This document shows positions 1-7,833 of a stretch of 46,988 bases of DNA, piece by piece. Under the pieces are notes generated by a model. That model had not been told where the DNA came from, made no database searches, and saw only the letters and a list, made by a program, of their open reading frames with translations. Where the stretch lies: positions 1 to 46,988 of IMG/VR virus record IMGVR_UViG_3300037313_001456, one strand, 5' to 3'. Both the position numbers and the translations under genes were made by a program. The stretch is from a virus. Lineage: Duplodnaviria; Caudoviricetes. Position 1 is the stretch's first letter. Each line of letters starts with the position of its first letter.

Positions 1-127
1 AGCCTCAGCACACTTTGCCAGTTGATTATCTGGCATCTTGGCCCACATCGACGTCGGACTGCCTTCACGAGTCGTCTGCACATACGAGTCCCAACGCGCC
101 ACACCCCAGATTGGAGTATCGAAATCG
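1..127. repeat. Terminal direct repeat identical to 46862-46988 (circular assembly overlap)
   Basis: Exact 127-nt match between the window start and end. The bet reading frame runs straight through the junction. Confidence 0.97.
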
Positions 128-510
128 GCATGCTTCACTCCCACTCTTGCCGCAGTAGGCGGTTTCTTTGACAACCAAACATCCTTCCATACACCATCGT
201 CTCCGCACCACTCGGGACCGATTTGGCCACGATACTTGCCGGTACGCTGAGCGATCACTCGGAAGCCATCAATGCCGGTCTGATGCGCAGTCACGTCACG
301 CTTGAGCTGAGAGTCGTAGCGCTTGACCGCATAGATTTGACGCGTGAATGGATCAAGCTTCTTTCTTTGAGCAACGTACATGAACAGCTTGAGTTCATCG
401 TCTGTCGCGTTACGAGCGATCGTATCTTTTAGGAGCTGAACCTGCTGCTCTGTAAATCCTTTCGAAAAATCCAACGCTCCAACGCTTTGAACCATCAAGT
501 CTTTGCTCAT
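1..510 (-). CDS. bet: Phage recombination protein Bet (RecT/Redbeta family), N-terminal part; continues across the origin to 46388
   Basis: Manual translation from ATG at 510: MSKDLMVQ...LLKDTIARNATDDELKLFMYVAQRKKLDPFTRQIYAVKR...QTGIDGFRVIAQRTGKYRGQ...[16 protein letters not shown]. These are hallmark Bet motifs; about 327 aa when joined. Confidence 0.93.
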   Translation of the reverse strand, partial: MSKDLMVQSVGALDFSKGFTEQQVQLLKDTIARNATDDELKLFMYVAQRKKLDPFTRQIYAVKRYDSQLKRDVTAHQTGIDGFRVIAQRTGKYRGQIGPEWCGDDGVWKDVWLSKKPPTAARVGVKHADFDTPIWGVARWDSYVQTTREGSPTSMWAKMPDNQLAKCAEA

Positions 511-1400
511 TCGACGATCCTCCTATGCCAATCCGATACAGTGATACATTCCAGCTTTGTTGGCTCTGACGGCCAAACGTTTGTTTTAAGGCATTCCTCA
601 TAGCGAGGAAGAAGCTTGCGAAACTGACTTCTTGCGTAGTCGAGATCTGTGTTTTCGATCGTGAACAGTCCGACCTTGCACTTTGGACCGTCCTCGTTCT
701 TCTCAACTAGGAGATGGACCTCATCGAAATCTCGGCCAAAGGTCGCCTTCTCAATGTCGATGTAGAATGCAGATTGCCAGTCATAGCCACGCTCAGGCGC
801 AAGCTTTCGGAATGCCTCCTTATTCGCAGATCCAGGTTTAATCGTCTTGAAGTTGACGCTGATGCCGTCATCGACGCGCAAGAAATCTGGGCGGCATTTC
901 ACTTTGATGTTCGTACCTGGATACATTGCGAAGCATGAGACCTCGGCAAGACCGTTGCGCAGATATTCCATAGCTTCGGGTTCGCCAAGAACAGACTCGG
1001 CCATCTTTTGCGCAAGGTTGAAGTGTTCTCTCGACAGTAGATACTTGCCCGGATGTTCTTTGACGATGCCAGCCCACTTCGCGTTTGCAGGAGACGCAAC
1101 ACCTTTAGGCAAAAGCGCGACGTGGTCCTCAAGCTTGAAATGTTGACCCTTGAGAGCAAATTCCAGCAAAAGATGCGTGACGCTGCCAATGATCAGATCT
1201 TCGCTATACTCCTGTGGCTGTCTACGCCTCCAGTTGAAGTACTCCATGCCCTCATACATCCAGTTGAGCTGTGTTGATGAGAGATAGGCCTTGGCTTCCC
1301 CATGATAGAACTCGTTTGAAAGATCAGGCGTCCAGCCAATGAAATCGCCATTGCGGATTTGATCTTCGACTGAAATCTGCTCAGCTACTCCGAAGCTCAT
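507..1400 (-). CDS. RecE/exonuclease VIII-like PD-(D/E)XK nuclease (DUF3799-like)
   Basis: Motifs EFYH...LSSTQL, IGSVTHLLL, AEVS, KVKCRPD, NFKT, YDWQSAFY. Lies next to bet. Likely start MSFG at 1400 (GGGAG RBS, ATGA overlap). Confidence 0.85.
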   Translation of the reverse strand: MSFGVAEQISVEDQIRNGDFIGWTPDLSNEFYHGEAKAYLSSTQLNWMYEGMEYFNWRRRQPQEYSEDLIIGSVTHLLLEFALKGQHFKLEDHVALLPKGVASPANAKWAGIVKEHPGKYLLSREHFNLAQKMAESVLGEPEAMEYLRNGLAEVSCFAMYPGTNIKVKCRPDFLRVDDGISVNFKTIKPGSANKEAFRKLAPERGYDWQSAFYIDIEKATFGRDFDEVHLLVEKNEDGPKCKVGLFTIENTDLDYARSQFRKLLPRYEECLKTNVWPSEPTKLECITVSDWHRRIVE

Positions 1401-1738
1401 AACTCCCTCACGCTTTTTAAAAGTCCGTCGAACCCAAACTGTATCCCCCTGGTAGGGAAGACTTGGTACTTGTCCTTTGTCGGCCAGTAATCGTAGCGCC
1501 GATTTCCTTTGCAGATGATCCAATGAAGGCCCTGATTTTTGATCGACACTTTTGCTCCTTCCGCGAGTAAAGCCTCGTACTGCGCGGACTGATCCTGAAC
1601 GCGGTGATTCTTTCGATTCGCCAGAAATATATCGCCGCCAGAGGAAGCAATATCAGCACTGGAACAGCTACAGATGTCTTCCGGACAGGCGCATAGAGGG
1701 CAAAGTTCGCCGTCAACAATGTCATCAGCGATGCTCAT
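1397..1738 (-). CDS. Hypothetical protein with N-terminal Cys cluster
   Basis: 113 aa, ATGA-coupled to both neighbours; contains CPLCAC...CSC and YDYWPT. Confidence 0.7.
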   Translation of the reverse strand: MSIADDIVDGELCPLCACPEDICSCSSADIASSGGDIFLANRKNHRVQDQSAQYEALLAEGAKVSIKNQGLHWIICKGNRRYDYWPTKDKYQVFPTRGIQFGFDGLLKSVREL

Positions 1739-2007
1739 CCCGGCACTCCTTGCTCATGCTCATCAACATCATGAGCCAATTCCTTCTCGTACTTTGTCTT
1801 TGGGTAAATTTCGGCTTCGACTTGTTCGGCAATGTCCTGAACAACATAGCTAAAACCTGACGGTGGAATTTCATGCGTCAGAAACTGTTTTAAGGCCTCG
1901 CGAAGTCCTTGCTCGTCGAGCATTTTGTCGACAATGCACTCGGCCTGATCTTCAGTAACTGGACCAAACCAGGCAACGTTGTCAAAAGTCCTGCGATTGT
2001 CTTTCAT
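1735..2007 (-). CDS. Hypothetical protein
   Basis: ATGA overlaps at both ends; likely start MKDNRR at 2007. Confidence 0.7.
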   Translation of the reverse strand: MKDNRRTFDNVAWFGPVTEDQAECIVDKMLDEQGLREALKQFLTHEIPPSGFSYVVQDIAEQVEAEIYPKTKYEKELAHDVDEHEQGVPG

Positions 2008-2255
2008 GCATCGCCTCTGAAATTCCAAAGAAGAGCGTTGAACCTGTCTCTAAACACCTGCAGTGGAAGAGTGTGGGCCTGCTGATAACCGATGCAGAAT
2101 GCACTCAGACTTGGCTCCAGCTTTCCATTTTCCAGCTTCGAGAGAGCTGACTGGGAGATTTCTAACTTACGCGCCCAATCGAGCTGGGTCATCCCGGAAG
2201 CAATCCGGAGTTCTTTGTACAGATTTCCAATCTCTCTTCTTATTGACTCACTCAT
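2004..2255 (-). CDS. XRE/Cro-C1 family HTH protein
   Basis: LRIASGMTQLDWARKLEISQSALSKLENGKLEPS matches the HTH_3 pattern. Confidence 0.88.
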   Translation of the reverse strand: MSESIRREIGNLYKELRIASGMTQLDWARKLEISQSALSKLENGKLEPSLSAFCIGYQQAHTLPLQVFRDRFNALLWNFRGDA

Positions 2256-2280
2256 TCATCACCCCAAATTACCGATAACC

Positions 2281-2800
2281 ACCCTTCTACACGGCACCCC
2301 TGCGGCAGCAGGGCGTGCGAGAGGGGTTTGGGCCGCTCACAGGCCCAATGCTTCGATCAACGAACGCACCTCACCCATTACGGTACAGTCACGATGGAGT
2401 AGAAAAGCGGGAGAGCGTGAAAACTCTCAGCCAAGAATTGGCTTCCTGTCCTGCAAGACGACTTCGACGTTTCTCGCAGGCTCTGGGTCTCCCCTTGCGG
2501 GTTCCTCTTCTCTCACTCACAGACGCTGCGCCTTGTTTCACCCAGCAATCCTTGCCAAGCTTTTGTCGAGACTAATACGCAGCACCCTTTACCGAATCCG
2601 GTTTCACGAGACGGATCAGCTCGGAGCCCCTGGGCTCGTAAATTTCGGGCCGTATTCGTCCGGCTCCTACGACGGCGGAATCTCGTCCGCACAGGGCTCA
2701 ACTCGGGAGCCACCCGAGCGGGAGTTTTTGAGCAGCGAGCCTGGAGATGAACCTTGAAAAACCCTTCCCCTCGCCATTCCCGGAACGCCTAAACCGGAAA
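2281..2800 (-). ncRNA. Candidate long structured RNA or leader between cro and the next HTH gene
   Basis: At least 10 successive inverted repeats, e.g. CCCTGC/GCAGGG, TTGGGCC/GGCCCAA, GAGAG/CTCTC, AGCCAA/TTGGCT, GCTGCG/CGCAGC, ATCCG/CGGAT, CTCGGG/CCCGAG. No credible protein. Strand is inferred from the operon direction. Confidence 0.45.
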
Positions 2801-2837
2801 CCTTCAAAACTTTTTAACGCGCATCTAAAAATACTTA

Positions 2838-2854
2838 TTGACGCACATACGCAA
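2838..2854. promoter_or_regulatory. Operator/promoter-like motif TTGACGCACATACGCAA
   Basis: Related copies at 3139-3150, 7773-7833 (three) and 39706-39720. Confidence 0.5.
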
Positions 2855-2860
2855 CGCTTG

Positions 2861-3127
2861 TTAGGCACTGCGTCGACAGCTCTTGGTGTCTCGCTTCTCG
2901 CGAAACAGCACATCATGGGGAATTCCCGTGACACGACACACGACCCCTCGGGTACCAACCTTGGGAGCGTGCCCAGCTAACATCTTGTCGATGAGATATA
3001 CCGAGAGCACATTCTTCGCGGCTTGAACCAATCTTTGTTTGGGATGGGGTTCATTCCGTTTCAGCCATTCCCGAAGTACTTCCGGGTTCGTCTCGTATTT
3101 CGTCTTCTTCAGACGTCCGCTGTTCAT
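2861..3127 (-). CDS. Cro-like regulator
   Basis: Small basic protein divergent from the repressor; degenerate HTH (SVYLIDKMLAGHAPK...VCRVTGIPHDVLF). Confidence 0.6.
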   Translation of the reverse strand: MNSGRLKKTKYETNPEVLREWLKRNEPHPKQRLVQAAKNVLSVYLIDKMLAGHAPKVGTRGVVCRVTGIPHDVLFREKRDTKSCRRSA

Positions 3128-3222
3128 GCAACATGATATTGCACATACGCTGTTTTTTTACAAATCGTTTTTTGCGTACTGTGCTGTTTTTATTTTGCGT
3201 GCAGCGCACTAGGATTGATGAC
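3128..3222. promoter_or_regulatory. cI/cro divergent control region
   Basis: AT-rich gap between divergent HTH genes, with operator-like TTGCACATACGC, TTGCGTACTGTGC and TTGCGTGCAGCGCA. Confidence 0.6.
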
Positions 3223-3651
3223 GTGAGTTATCTTAGCTTAAATCAAAAGGAAATCGGCGCGAGGCTACTTGCGCGTAGAAATGCGCTGGGTCTCAGTCAA
3301 GCCGATGTTGCGGGACGTATGGACGTTGCAGTGAGCACTGTTCAGCGTGCCGAAGCGGGTACTCTCAACGCGACCATTGAGACACTCCTCGCTCATTGCC
3401 AGGCGCTTGAGCTCCCGGTTTCCGCAATTCTTTCGACAGATAGACCTGTCCTGAAGCCAACGCTTCACGAGTCCATTAACAGAACGATGCAGGCTCTCGA
3501 ACTTTTGAAAAAAGAGCCTCTTTTATGCGATATTTTTGAATTCAACAAAACAGAGATAGAATCTCTCGTTGCAGCGGTTGAAGTCATTAAATCTCAGCGA
3601 GCGATTTCATCGACCGCGTCTGCCACCAAGAAACGCCAGAATTCGCGCTGA
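3223..3651 (+). CDS. CI-like repressor (XRE HTH), no S24 peptidase domain seen
   Basis: IGARLLARRNALGLSQADVAGRMDVAVSTVQRAEAG; likely GTG start at 3223. Confidence 0.85.
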   Translation: MSYLSLNQKEIGARLLARRNALGLSQADVAGRMDVAVSTVQRAEAGTLNATIETLLAHCQALELPVSAILSTDRPVLKPTLHESINRTMQALELLKKEPLLCDIFEFNKTEIESLVAAVEVIKSQRAISSTASATKKRQNSR

Positions 3652-3777
3652 AATCTCTATTAATAGTTGTTTCGCCTCTTCGTCGTCTTCTTTTTTCTGA
3701 TTTTCTCTGACAATTCGCTCCTTTGGAAATTCAATTACTTTAGCTGAATCATCACGCTGATCTTCAGACACACTCAT
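3607..3777 (-). CDS. Small hypothetical protein convergent with the repressor
   Basis: MSVSEDQ...KVIEFPKERI; GGTGGGG RBS; overlaps the 3' end of cI by 45 nt. Confidence 0.45.
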   Translation of the reverse strand: MSVSEDQRDDSAKVIEFPKERIVRENQKKEDDEEAKQLLIEISARILAFLGGRRGR

Positions 3778-3834
3778 CCCCCACCGATAAGTCAATCAAT
3801 GTAGTCCTCTGTCTCACACACAGGGGGTTGCATG

Positions 3835-3884
3835 GGTTGAGGGGTTCCGGAACGTAAGTAAGATTTGCCCCTCAACCTACTTTT
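3835..3884 (+). terminator. Putative terminator after the repressor
   Basis: 10-bp stem GGTTGAGGGG/CCCCTCAACC followed by TACTTTT. Confidence 0.45.
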
Positions 3885-4003
3885 ATCCCTATCGGTATAT
3901 CTCATAAGGAATTTACACACGCCGATAGTTTAGGCAGCCGATATAATTTTTACATTGTAATTATTGAACTATTTCGTGGCATCGCAGTTGCTCTGTACGA
4001 GAT

Positions 4004-4504
4004 ATGCGGTATTTTACGCTGTTTTTAAGCCTATTTTTATTCAGCTGCGATAATCAAATGACGGTCAACTCCAAGAGCTCCGCTCAGACGAATACGTCTA
4101 CCAATAAGGCCCTATTCTCTGTCTGGCAGCACGATGACAAAATCATTGATTTAACCGACTTTACATTCGGAACCAATTACCCTTCACATTCGGCAGAAAT
4201 CTCATTGTCAGTCTGCGTTCTCTCTCATACGCGTGGCGATGGAATTACAATCTGCGATCAATACGAAAATCAGACTGTAACGGGTCAATGCACTCAGTCC
4301 ATTTCTATCTATGGAGATCTTGATAGCGGAACTATTCAGATTCAAACGCCTGATATTGGAACTTCTTGTGATGCTGGAATACCTGGATGCAATTCAGCGA
4401 TGCACTCCGTATGTCAGGCGATCTATCCCGAAGGAAGTTACAATTACCGGAAATCAACGGACGATTTAGAAATCTGCGGAACTGAATGCGTTGAATTTAA
4501 ATAA
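4004..4504 (+). CDS. Cys-rich lipoprotein (possible lysogenic conversion or superinfection exclusion moron)
   Basis: MRYFTLFLSLFLFS-C lipobox signal plus 8 further Cys; AT-rich upstream region; lies beside cI. Confidence 0.75.
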   Translation: MRYFTLFLSLFLFSCDNQMTVNSKSSAQTNTSTNKALFSVWQHDDKIIDLTDFTFGTNYPSHSAEISLSVCVLSHTRGDGITICDQYENQTVTGQCTQSISIYGDLDSGTIQIQTPDIGTSCDAGIPGCNSAMHSVCQAIYPEGSYNYRKSTDDLEICGTECVEFK

Positions 4505-4640
4505 GGCGACAGGCCCGGACCCGTCGCCCTATTTTCCGACAAGGACACTCGCGCGTGCCGGGCGTTCAGACCGCAAGGCATGTTTTACGCCGAGGTGATC
4601 AGACGTAAAGCAAGGTCGGAGCCCTTCTATATCAAAGTAT

Positions 4641-4670
4641 TGTCACAAATATTGGGTATTATTTGTGACA
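4641..4670. repeat. Perfect 11-bp inverted repeat between convergent units
   Basis: TGTCACAAATA-N8-TATTTGTGACA. Confidence 0.6.
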
Positions 4671-4690
4671 TGTTACGTCCCTTTGAATAG

Positions 4691-5071
4691 TTACATGAAT
4701 TCGCCGCAGTCGCGGCACCTATCTACTACCATCCCAGCTTTAATATTCTCGTGCTGACATTCGCCCTTCGGCTGGAGAGCTTTGCGGGCATTAGCTCTTG
4801 CCGGTGAACCTATGCCTCCGACTTCTAGCAGAAGCTCACTAAGCGCAGCGCGAAGCTTCACAATCTCCTCGACCTGATTGCAGTAGATGGCCTGATTGTT
4901 TTTGTGCTCTTCTCGGGTTAGGACTTTCATACCGGGAATTTGGTCACGCTCCCAATTCGCTAACTCAGCGCGAAGGGCATCGCGTTCCTTAGTGAGACAC
5001 TCGTAGCAAAGCCGTTGCGTGGGCGTTCTATCTTTACAGGCAAAACACTCTTTCATAAACAACTCCTTCAA
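4691..5071 (-). CDS. Hypothetical protein with Zn-finger-like ends and coiled coil
   Basis: CFAC...CYEC at the N-terminus, CQH...CRDC at the C-terminus. Confidence 0.65.
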   Translation of the reverse strand: MKELFMKECFACKDRTPTQRLCYECLTKERDALRAELANWERDQIPGMKVLTREEHKNNQAIYCNQVEEIVKLRAALSELLLEVGGIGSPARANARKALQPKGECQHENIKAGMVVDRCRDCGEFM

Positions 5072-5076
5072 TGAAT

Positions 5077-5369
5077 CCTGCGGGCCGGGCCTGTCACCCA
5101 GTTCGGCTTTCCGTGTTCAACACGAATATACCCGCAGGCTTTAACAAGGATTCCCCTGTTAAAATTTATCGCTTCAAACTTTAATTACCTGCGGGCCGTC
5201 CTTGGCGTTGTCGGACGGATGACCTCTCGCACTCGGATAGCGCCCAATCTCGTTGGGTCAGCCGTTAATTCGGCTTACCTACCTCTTCAGTAGTCACCCG
5301 CAGGCTTGTTTCCTCTAGTCTGGTACGTGCCTCATCAGAGCCTGACACGGTTTAATATCCACTAGAGGA
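5077..5369 (-). ncRNA. Cluster of multi-stem structured elements (tRNA-shaped)
   Basis: CCTGCGGG...CCCGCAGG closing stems at 5077-5138 and 5188-5304; TCCTCTAGT...ACTAGAGGA at 5311-5369; each has internal hairpins. Confidence 0.5.
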
Positions 5370-5386
5370 GACATTCTGTGAAAGTG

Positions 5387-5572
5387 TCACCTGTTGAAAG
5401 GGCTGCCCTTGTGAAAGCCGTTGGCGCACTTTTGACCGCGCCGAAAGGCTTCTGAAATAGCTTCAAAGATGCGGTTATGGAACGTCGTTTGGTCGTGAGG
5501 AACGTTCGCCCCAAGTTGAGCCTTTAGCTTGTCCACTAGGTCTTTCCAGTATTTCTCAGTTTCGTCGTACAT
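5387..5572 (-). CDS. Hypothetical protein
   Basis: 61 aa with an AGGAG RBS. Confidence 0.65.
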   Translation of the reverse strand: MYDETEKYWKDLVDKLKAQLGANVPHDQTTFHNRIFEAISEAFRRGQKCANGFHKGSPFNR

Positions 5573-5677
5573 CTCAATCTCCTTTGTTTAATGTGACAAT
5601 TGCCTATTTTGTATCTTTAGGGGATGCGCCATCCTTAGCGCATGTGAGAGAGCCTCTAACCTCACGTCTTGTGTTGG

Positions 5678-5821
5678 CTATTGGCACGGGAGTTCTTCAT
5701 AAATCCATCCTTCCACACTATAAACAGGCATTCTATCCGCATGGATCGTATATGCTGGGCGGTGCAAATTCGCGACTATTGCTATTATCGCTGCAACAAT
5801 CATGAGCATTGTGACTTTCAT
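5678..5821 (-). CDS. Small membrane or secreted protein
   Basis: MKVTMLMIVAAIIAIVA...; ATGA overlap with the upstream gene. Confidence 0.55.
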   Translation of the reverse strand: MKVTMLMIVAAIIAIVANLHRPAYTIHADRMPVYSVEGWIYEELPCQ

Positions 5822-6177
5822 AATTGGCCCTCGGCTTTGGCGATGGCGTCCACAATATAGCCAGCATCCCATTCGATATTTGTCTTGAAGTCGCCATCAT
5901 TCAGAAATCTAATCGCGTCATAATAGGCCCGCTTCAATGCCTCAAGAAGCTCATCCCTTTGCTTCCTCAAGTCAGCAGGATCTTCGATACCTTCGCAGGC
6001 GTTCACGCAGGCTACGATGCGATTGACCCAATTCTTAGCTCGATCTCCGTGACCAAGTGGTCCGGTCTCATCCGAGACCCAGAACACCTTTCGACCTTCT
6101 GAGTCCGTGGCGAAATGTCCACGATTCCACTCATGGCATGCGATTAATTTTCCCAGCGTGTGTTTTGGCGTGCTCAT
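5818..6177 (-). CDS. Conserved phage early hypothetical protein
   Basis: KHT.G...RIVACVNACEGI...QRDELLEALK...AIAKAEG, a common phage family pattern. Confidence 0.8.
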   Translation of the reverse strand: MSTPKHTLGKLIACHEWNRGHFATDSEGRKVFWVSDETGPLGHGDRAKNWVNRIVACVNACEGIEDPADLRKQRDELLEALKRAYYDAIRFLNDGDFKTNIEWDAGYIVDAIAKAEGQL

Positions 6178-6356
6178 GCGGATTCCTTCTTCACCTTCTC
6201 AACCGTAATTTTCACGCTCCGAACCTTCTCAACGTACTTCAGGAATAGATCAAAAGCATAGCCCTCAAGGTAAATGGTGTTTTCACCGGCTTCCAAGATG
6301 ATGTGGAAACCGTCGTCCGATGCATACACGCCGTCGTATAGATATTGCTTATTCAT
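6174..6356 (-). CDS. Hypothetical protein
   Basis: KQYLYDGVYASDDGFHIIL...NTIYLE; ATGA-coupled. Confidence 0.75.
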   Translation of the reverse strand: MNKQYLYDGVYASDDGFHIILEAGENTIYLEGYAFDLFLKYVEKVRSVKITVEKVKKESA

Positions 6357-6490
6357 AGATCAAACTCCCGCCTGATATGTTTCCGCCAGTGTGTTTGCTC
6401 GTCGATCGCATAGACCATGACACCCAGCAGGCCACCTACCCATAGGCACCACGCGAAGCCAAAAACAACGAATTCTTGCATGGGGTTCAT
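6353..6490 (-). CDS. 45-aa single-TM protein (not in ORF track)
   Basis: MNPMQEFVVFGFAWCLWVGGLLGVMVYAIDEQTHWRKHIRREFDL; ATGA overlaps on both sides. Confidence 0.65.
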   Translation of the reverse strand: MNPMQEFVVFGFAWCLWVGGLLGVMVYAIDEQTHWRKHIRREFDL

Positions 6491-6687
6491 GATGCTTTAC
6501 CACTTCTCTGCTTAGCTAAAGCCTTTGCTTCAGATTCAAATTTGATCAATCCCGTCTTAATTCCGGCGAGAACCTGCCAAAGCTGTAACCCTTGCTTCAG
6601 ATACGCACGAAGGACGTCACCCTTTGCCCGACAAAGTTGAGGCTTAAGCTTGTGAGAGCGCATGCAAAACATGCAAATCTTAGTCAT
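6487..6687 (-). CDS. Hypothetical protein
   Basis: 66 aa, CMFC..H...C; ATGA-coupled. Confidence 0.65.
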   Translation of the reverse strand: MTKICMFCMRSHKLKPQLCRAKGDVLRAYLKQGLQLWQVLAGIKTGLIKFESEAKALAKQRSGKAS

Positions 6688-6824
6688 GCTGCACCTCGCT
6701 TAAATTCTGCGCGAAACTCTCGCATTGCTTCTCTTTTGGTATATCCGATGTAAAGACGTTTAACTCGGTAGCCACCAATCATCTCGGAGATGCACCAGCC
6801 ACCCTGTATTCTTTCAGCGCTCAT
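6684..6824 (-). CDS. 46-aa hypothetical protein (not in ORF track)
   Basis: MSAERIQGGWCISEMIGGYRVKRLYIGYTKREAMREFRAEFKRGAA; ATGA overlaps on both sides. Confidence 0.7.
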   Translation of the reverse strand: MSAERIQGGWCISEMIGGYRVKRLYIGYTKREAMREFRAEFKRGAA

Positions 6825-7048
6825 GCGACCTCCACAATCTGGACGCCAGCGACATTCAGCCAATACCTAAGTGATCCTTCGGACCGATAAGTGTACCGAT
6901 GTACGTTGATTGCGGGTTGATCACACATGACTTCGGCAAGCTCTATATCGTGCCCTTCGGCGCGAACCGCGCTTTCAACGGTTTGTAGGTCGCCGTCATC
7001 TAGCAAGCGATTGAGATAGAGCGTTCTAAAACCTATTTTGAGGCTCAT
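6821..7048 (-). CDS. Hypothetical protein
   Basis: Member of the ATGA-coupled chain. Confidence 0.7.
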   Translation of the reverse strand: MSLKIGFRTLYLNRLLDDGDLQTVESAVRAEGHDIELAEVMCDQPAINVHRYTYRSEGSLRYWLNVAGVQIVEVA

Positions 7049-7293
7049 GCGGCACCGCCTTGGATCAGCTGAAAGCCAGATTCTCTACGGCGCGCGAGCT
7101 TGTAAGACATTTCAGTTATGATCTCGATCGCATCCAGCCGTCCTTCGTAATGCTCGAATAATAGGTCATCGGTGCAATTGTCTGGGTTGAGTTCTTCTAG
7201 TCGAGCATTGATTGCATCTAGTTCGGCGTCAATTTCGCTCAATTCACGATTGGTTAAGATCCTAGGGTTCTTTAGGTATTCCGTGAGAGTCAT
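7045..7293 (-). CDS. Hypothetical acidic coiled-coil protein
   Basis: ATGA-coupled; GGAGG RBS; ends FQLIQGGAA. Confidence 0.7.
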   Translation of the reverse strand: MTLTEYLKNPRILTNRELSEIDAELDAINARLEELNPDNCTDDLLFEHYEGRLDAIEIITEMSYKLARRRESGFQLIQGGAA

Positions 7294-7472
7294 TGGGAAT
7301 ACCTCCCGATCATATCTTGATAGGCGTTTGCCGCATTCGAGAGATTTCGTGAGATGAAACGCTTGGTCCAGCGTGGTTTAACGTCCCACGACCAGCCAAA
7401 AGTTACTTCGGCAACATACTTGCCTGACTTTATGCGATAGAGGCGATATTTGAAAAGCTTGTACTGTTTCAC
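7290..7472 (-). CDS. Hypothetical basic protein
   Basis: GTGA/ATGA-coupled; GGAGG RBS. Confidence 0.65.
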   Translation of the reverse strand: MKQYKLFKYRLYRIKSGKYVAEVTFGWSWDVKPRWTKRFISRNLSNAANAYQDMIGRYSQ

Positions 7473-7714
7473 GCCGCACCTCCCATAACCAGAGAGAGAC
7501 GTGGAGACTTGTCAGGGTTAGGCAATGCCCAGTCATTCCCAGCGACGCAGTAAAATTCTTTACGCCTTGCCCTGGCTTCTTGAAGCCTTAAGTATTCAGC
7601 CTTATCCTCGGCGCTAGCGTTGTCTTGAATGAATACTAATGACCATGTACCGGTTTTGGTATCCAAGCATCCCATGTTTCCTCGACGGCGCGTGAACTTA
7701 AATCGCGACTTCAT
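7469..7714 (-). CDS. Hypothetical protein, first gene of a leftward micro-gene operon
   Basis: GAGGTG RBS; ends LSLVMGGAA. Confidence 0.7.
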   Translation of the reverse strand: MKSRFKFTRRRGNMGCLDTKTGTWSLVFIQDNASAEDKAEYLRLQEARARRKEFYCVAGNDWALPNPDKSPRLSLVMGGAA

Positions 7715-7772
7715 ATATCACCTCTAAATATGTGGTTAATCCGCGCACCGGTCTGAATCAGTGATGCGGACG

Positions 7773-7833
7773 TTGACACCGCATATATGCAACATTGACA
7801 CGATACGCAAGGATATTTGACGCGTATATGCAA
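7773..7833. promoter_or_regulatory. Three tandem operator/promoter-like repeats
   Basis: TTGACACCGCATATATGCAA, TTGACACGATACGCAA and TTGACGCGTATATGCAA. The minus strand also reads TTGCGT-N17-TATATG. Confidence 0.55.

Noticed and set aside
1-127. Biological direct terminal repeat
   Set aside because: It is an exact 127-nt overlap inside the bet coding sequence. The length is typical of an assembler k-mer, so it shows circularity rather than virion ends.
2092-2757. 221-aa plus-strand ORF
   Set aside because: It is antisense to the HTH gene and operon, has S/R/G/P-biased composition and no RBS; it is probably a shadow of GC-rich structured DNA.
5311-5369. Hammerhead ribozyme (CTGATGA on the minus strand)
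   Set aside because: There is no stem II closed before a properly placed GAAA, and no convincing stems I and III.
6684-7714. GGAA/RGAA C-termini of early micro-proteins as Ubl-like di-glycine tails
   Set aside because: They are explained by the embedded Shine-Dalgarno (GGAGGTGC.GCATGA) of the next coupled gene; no beta-grasp pattern is present.
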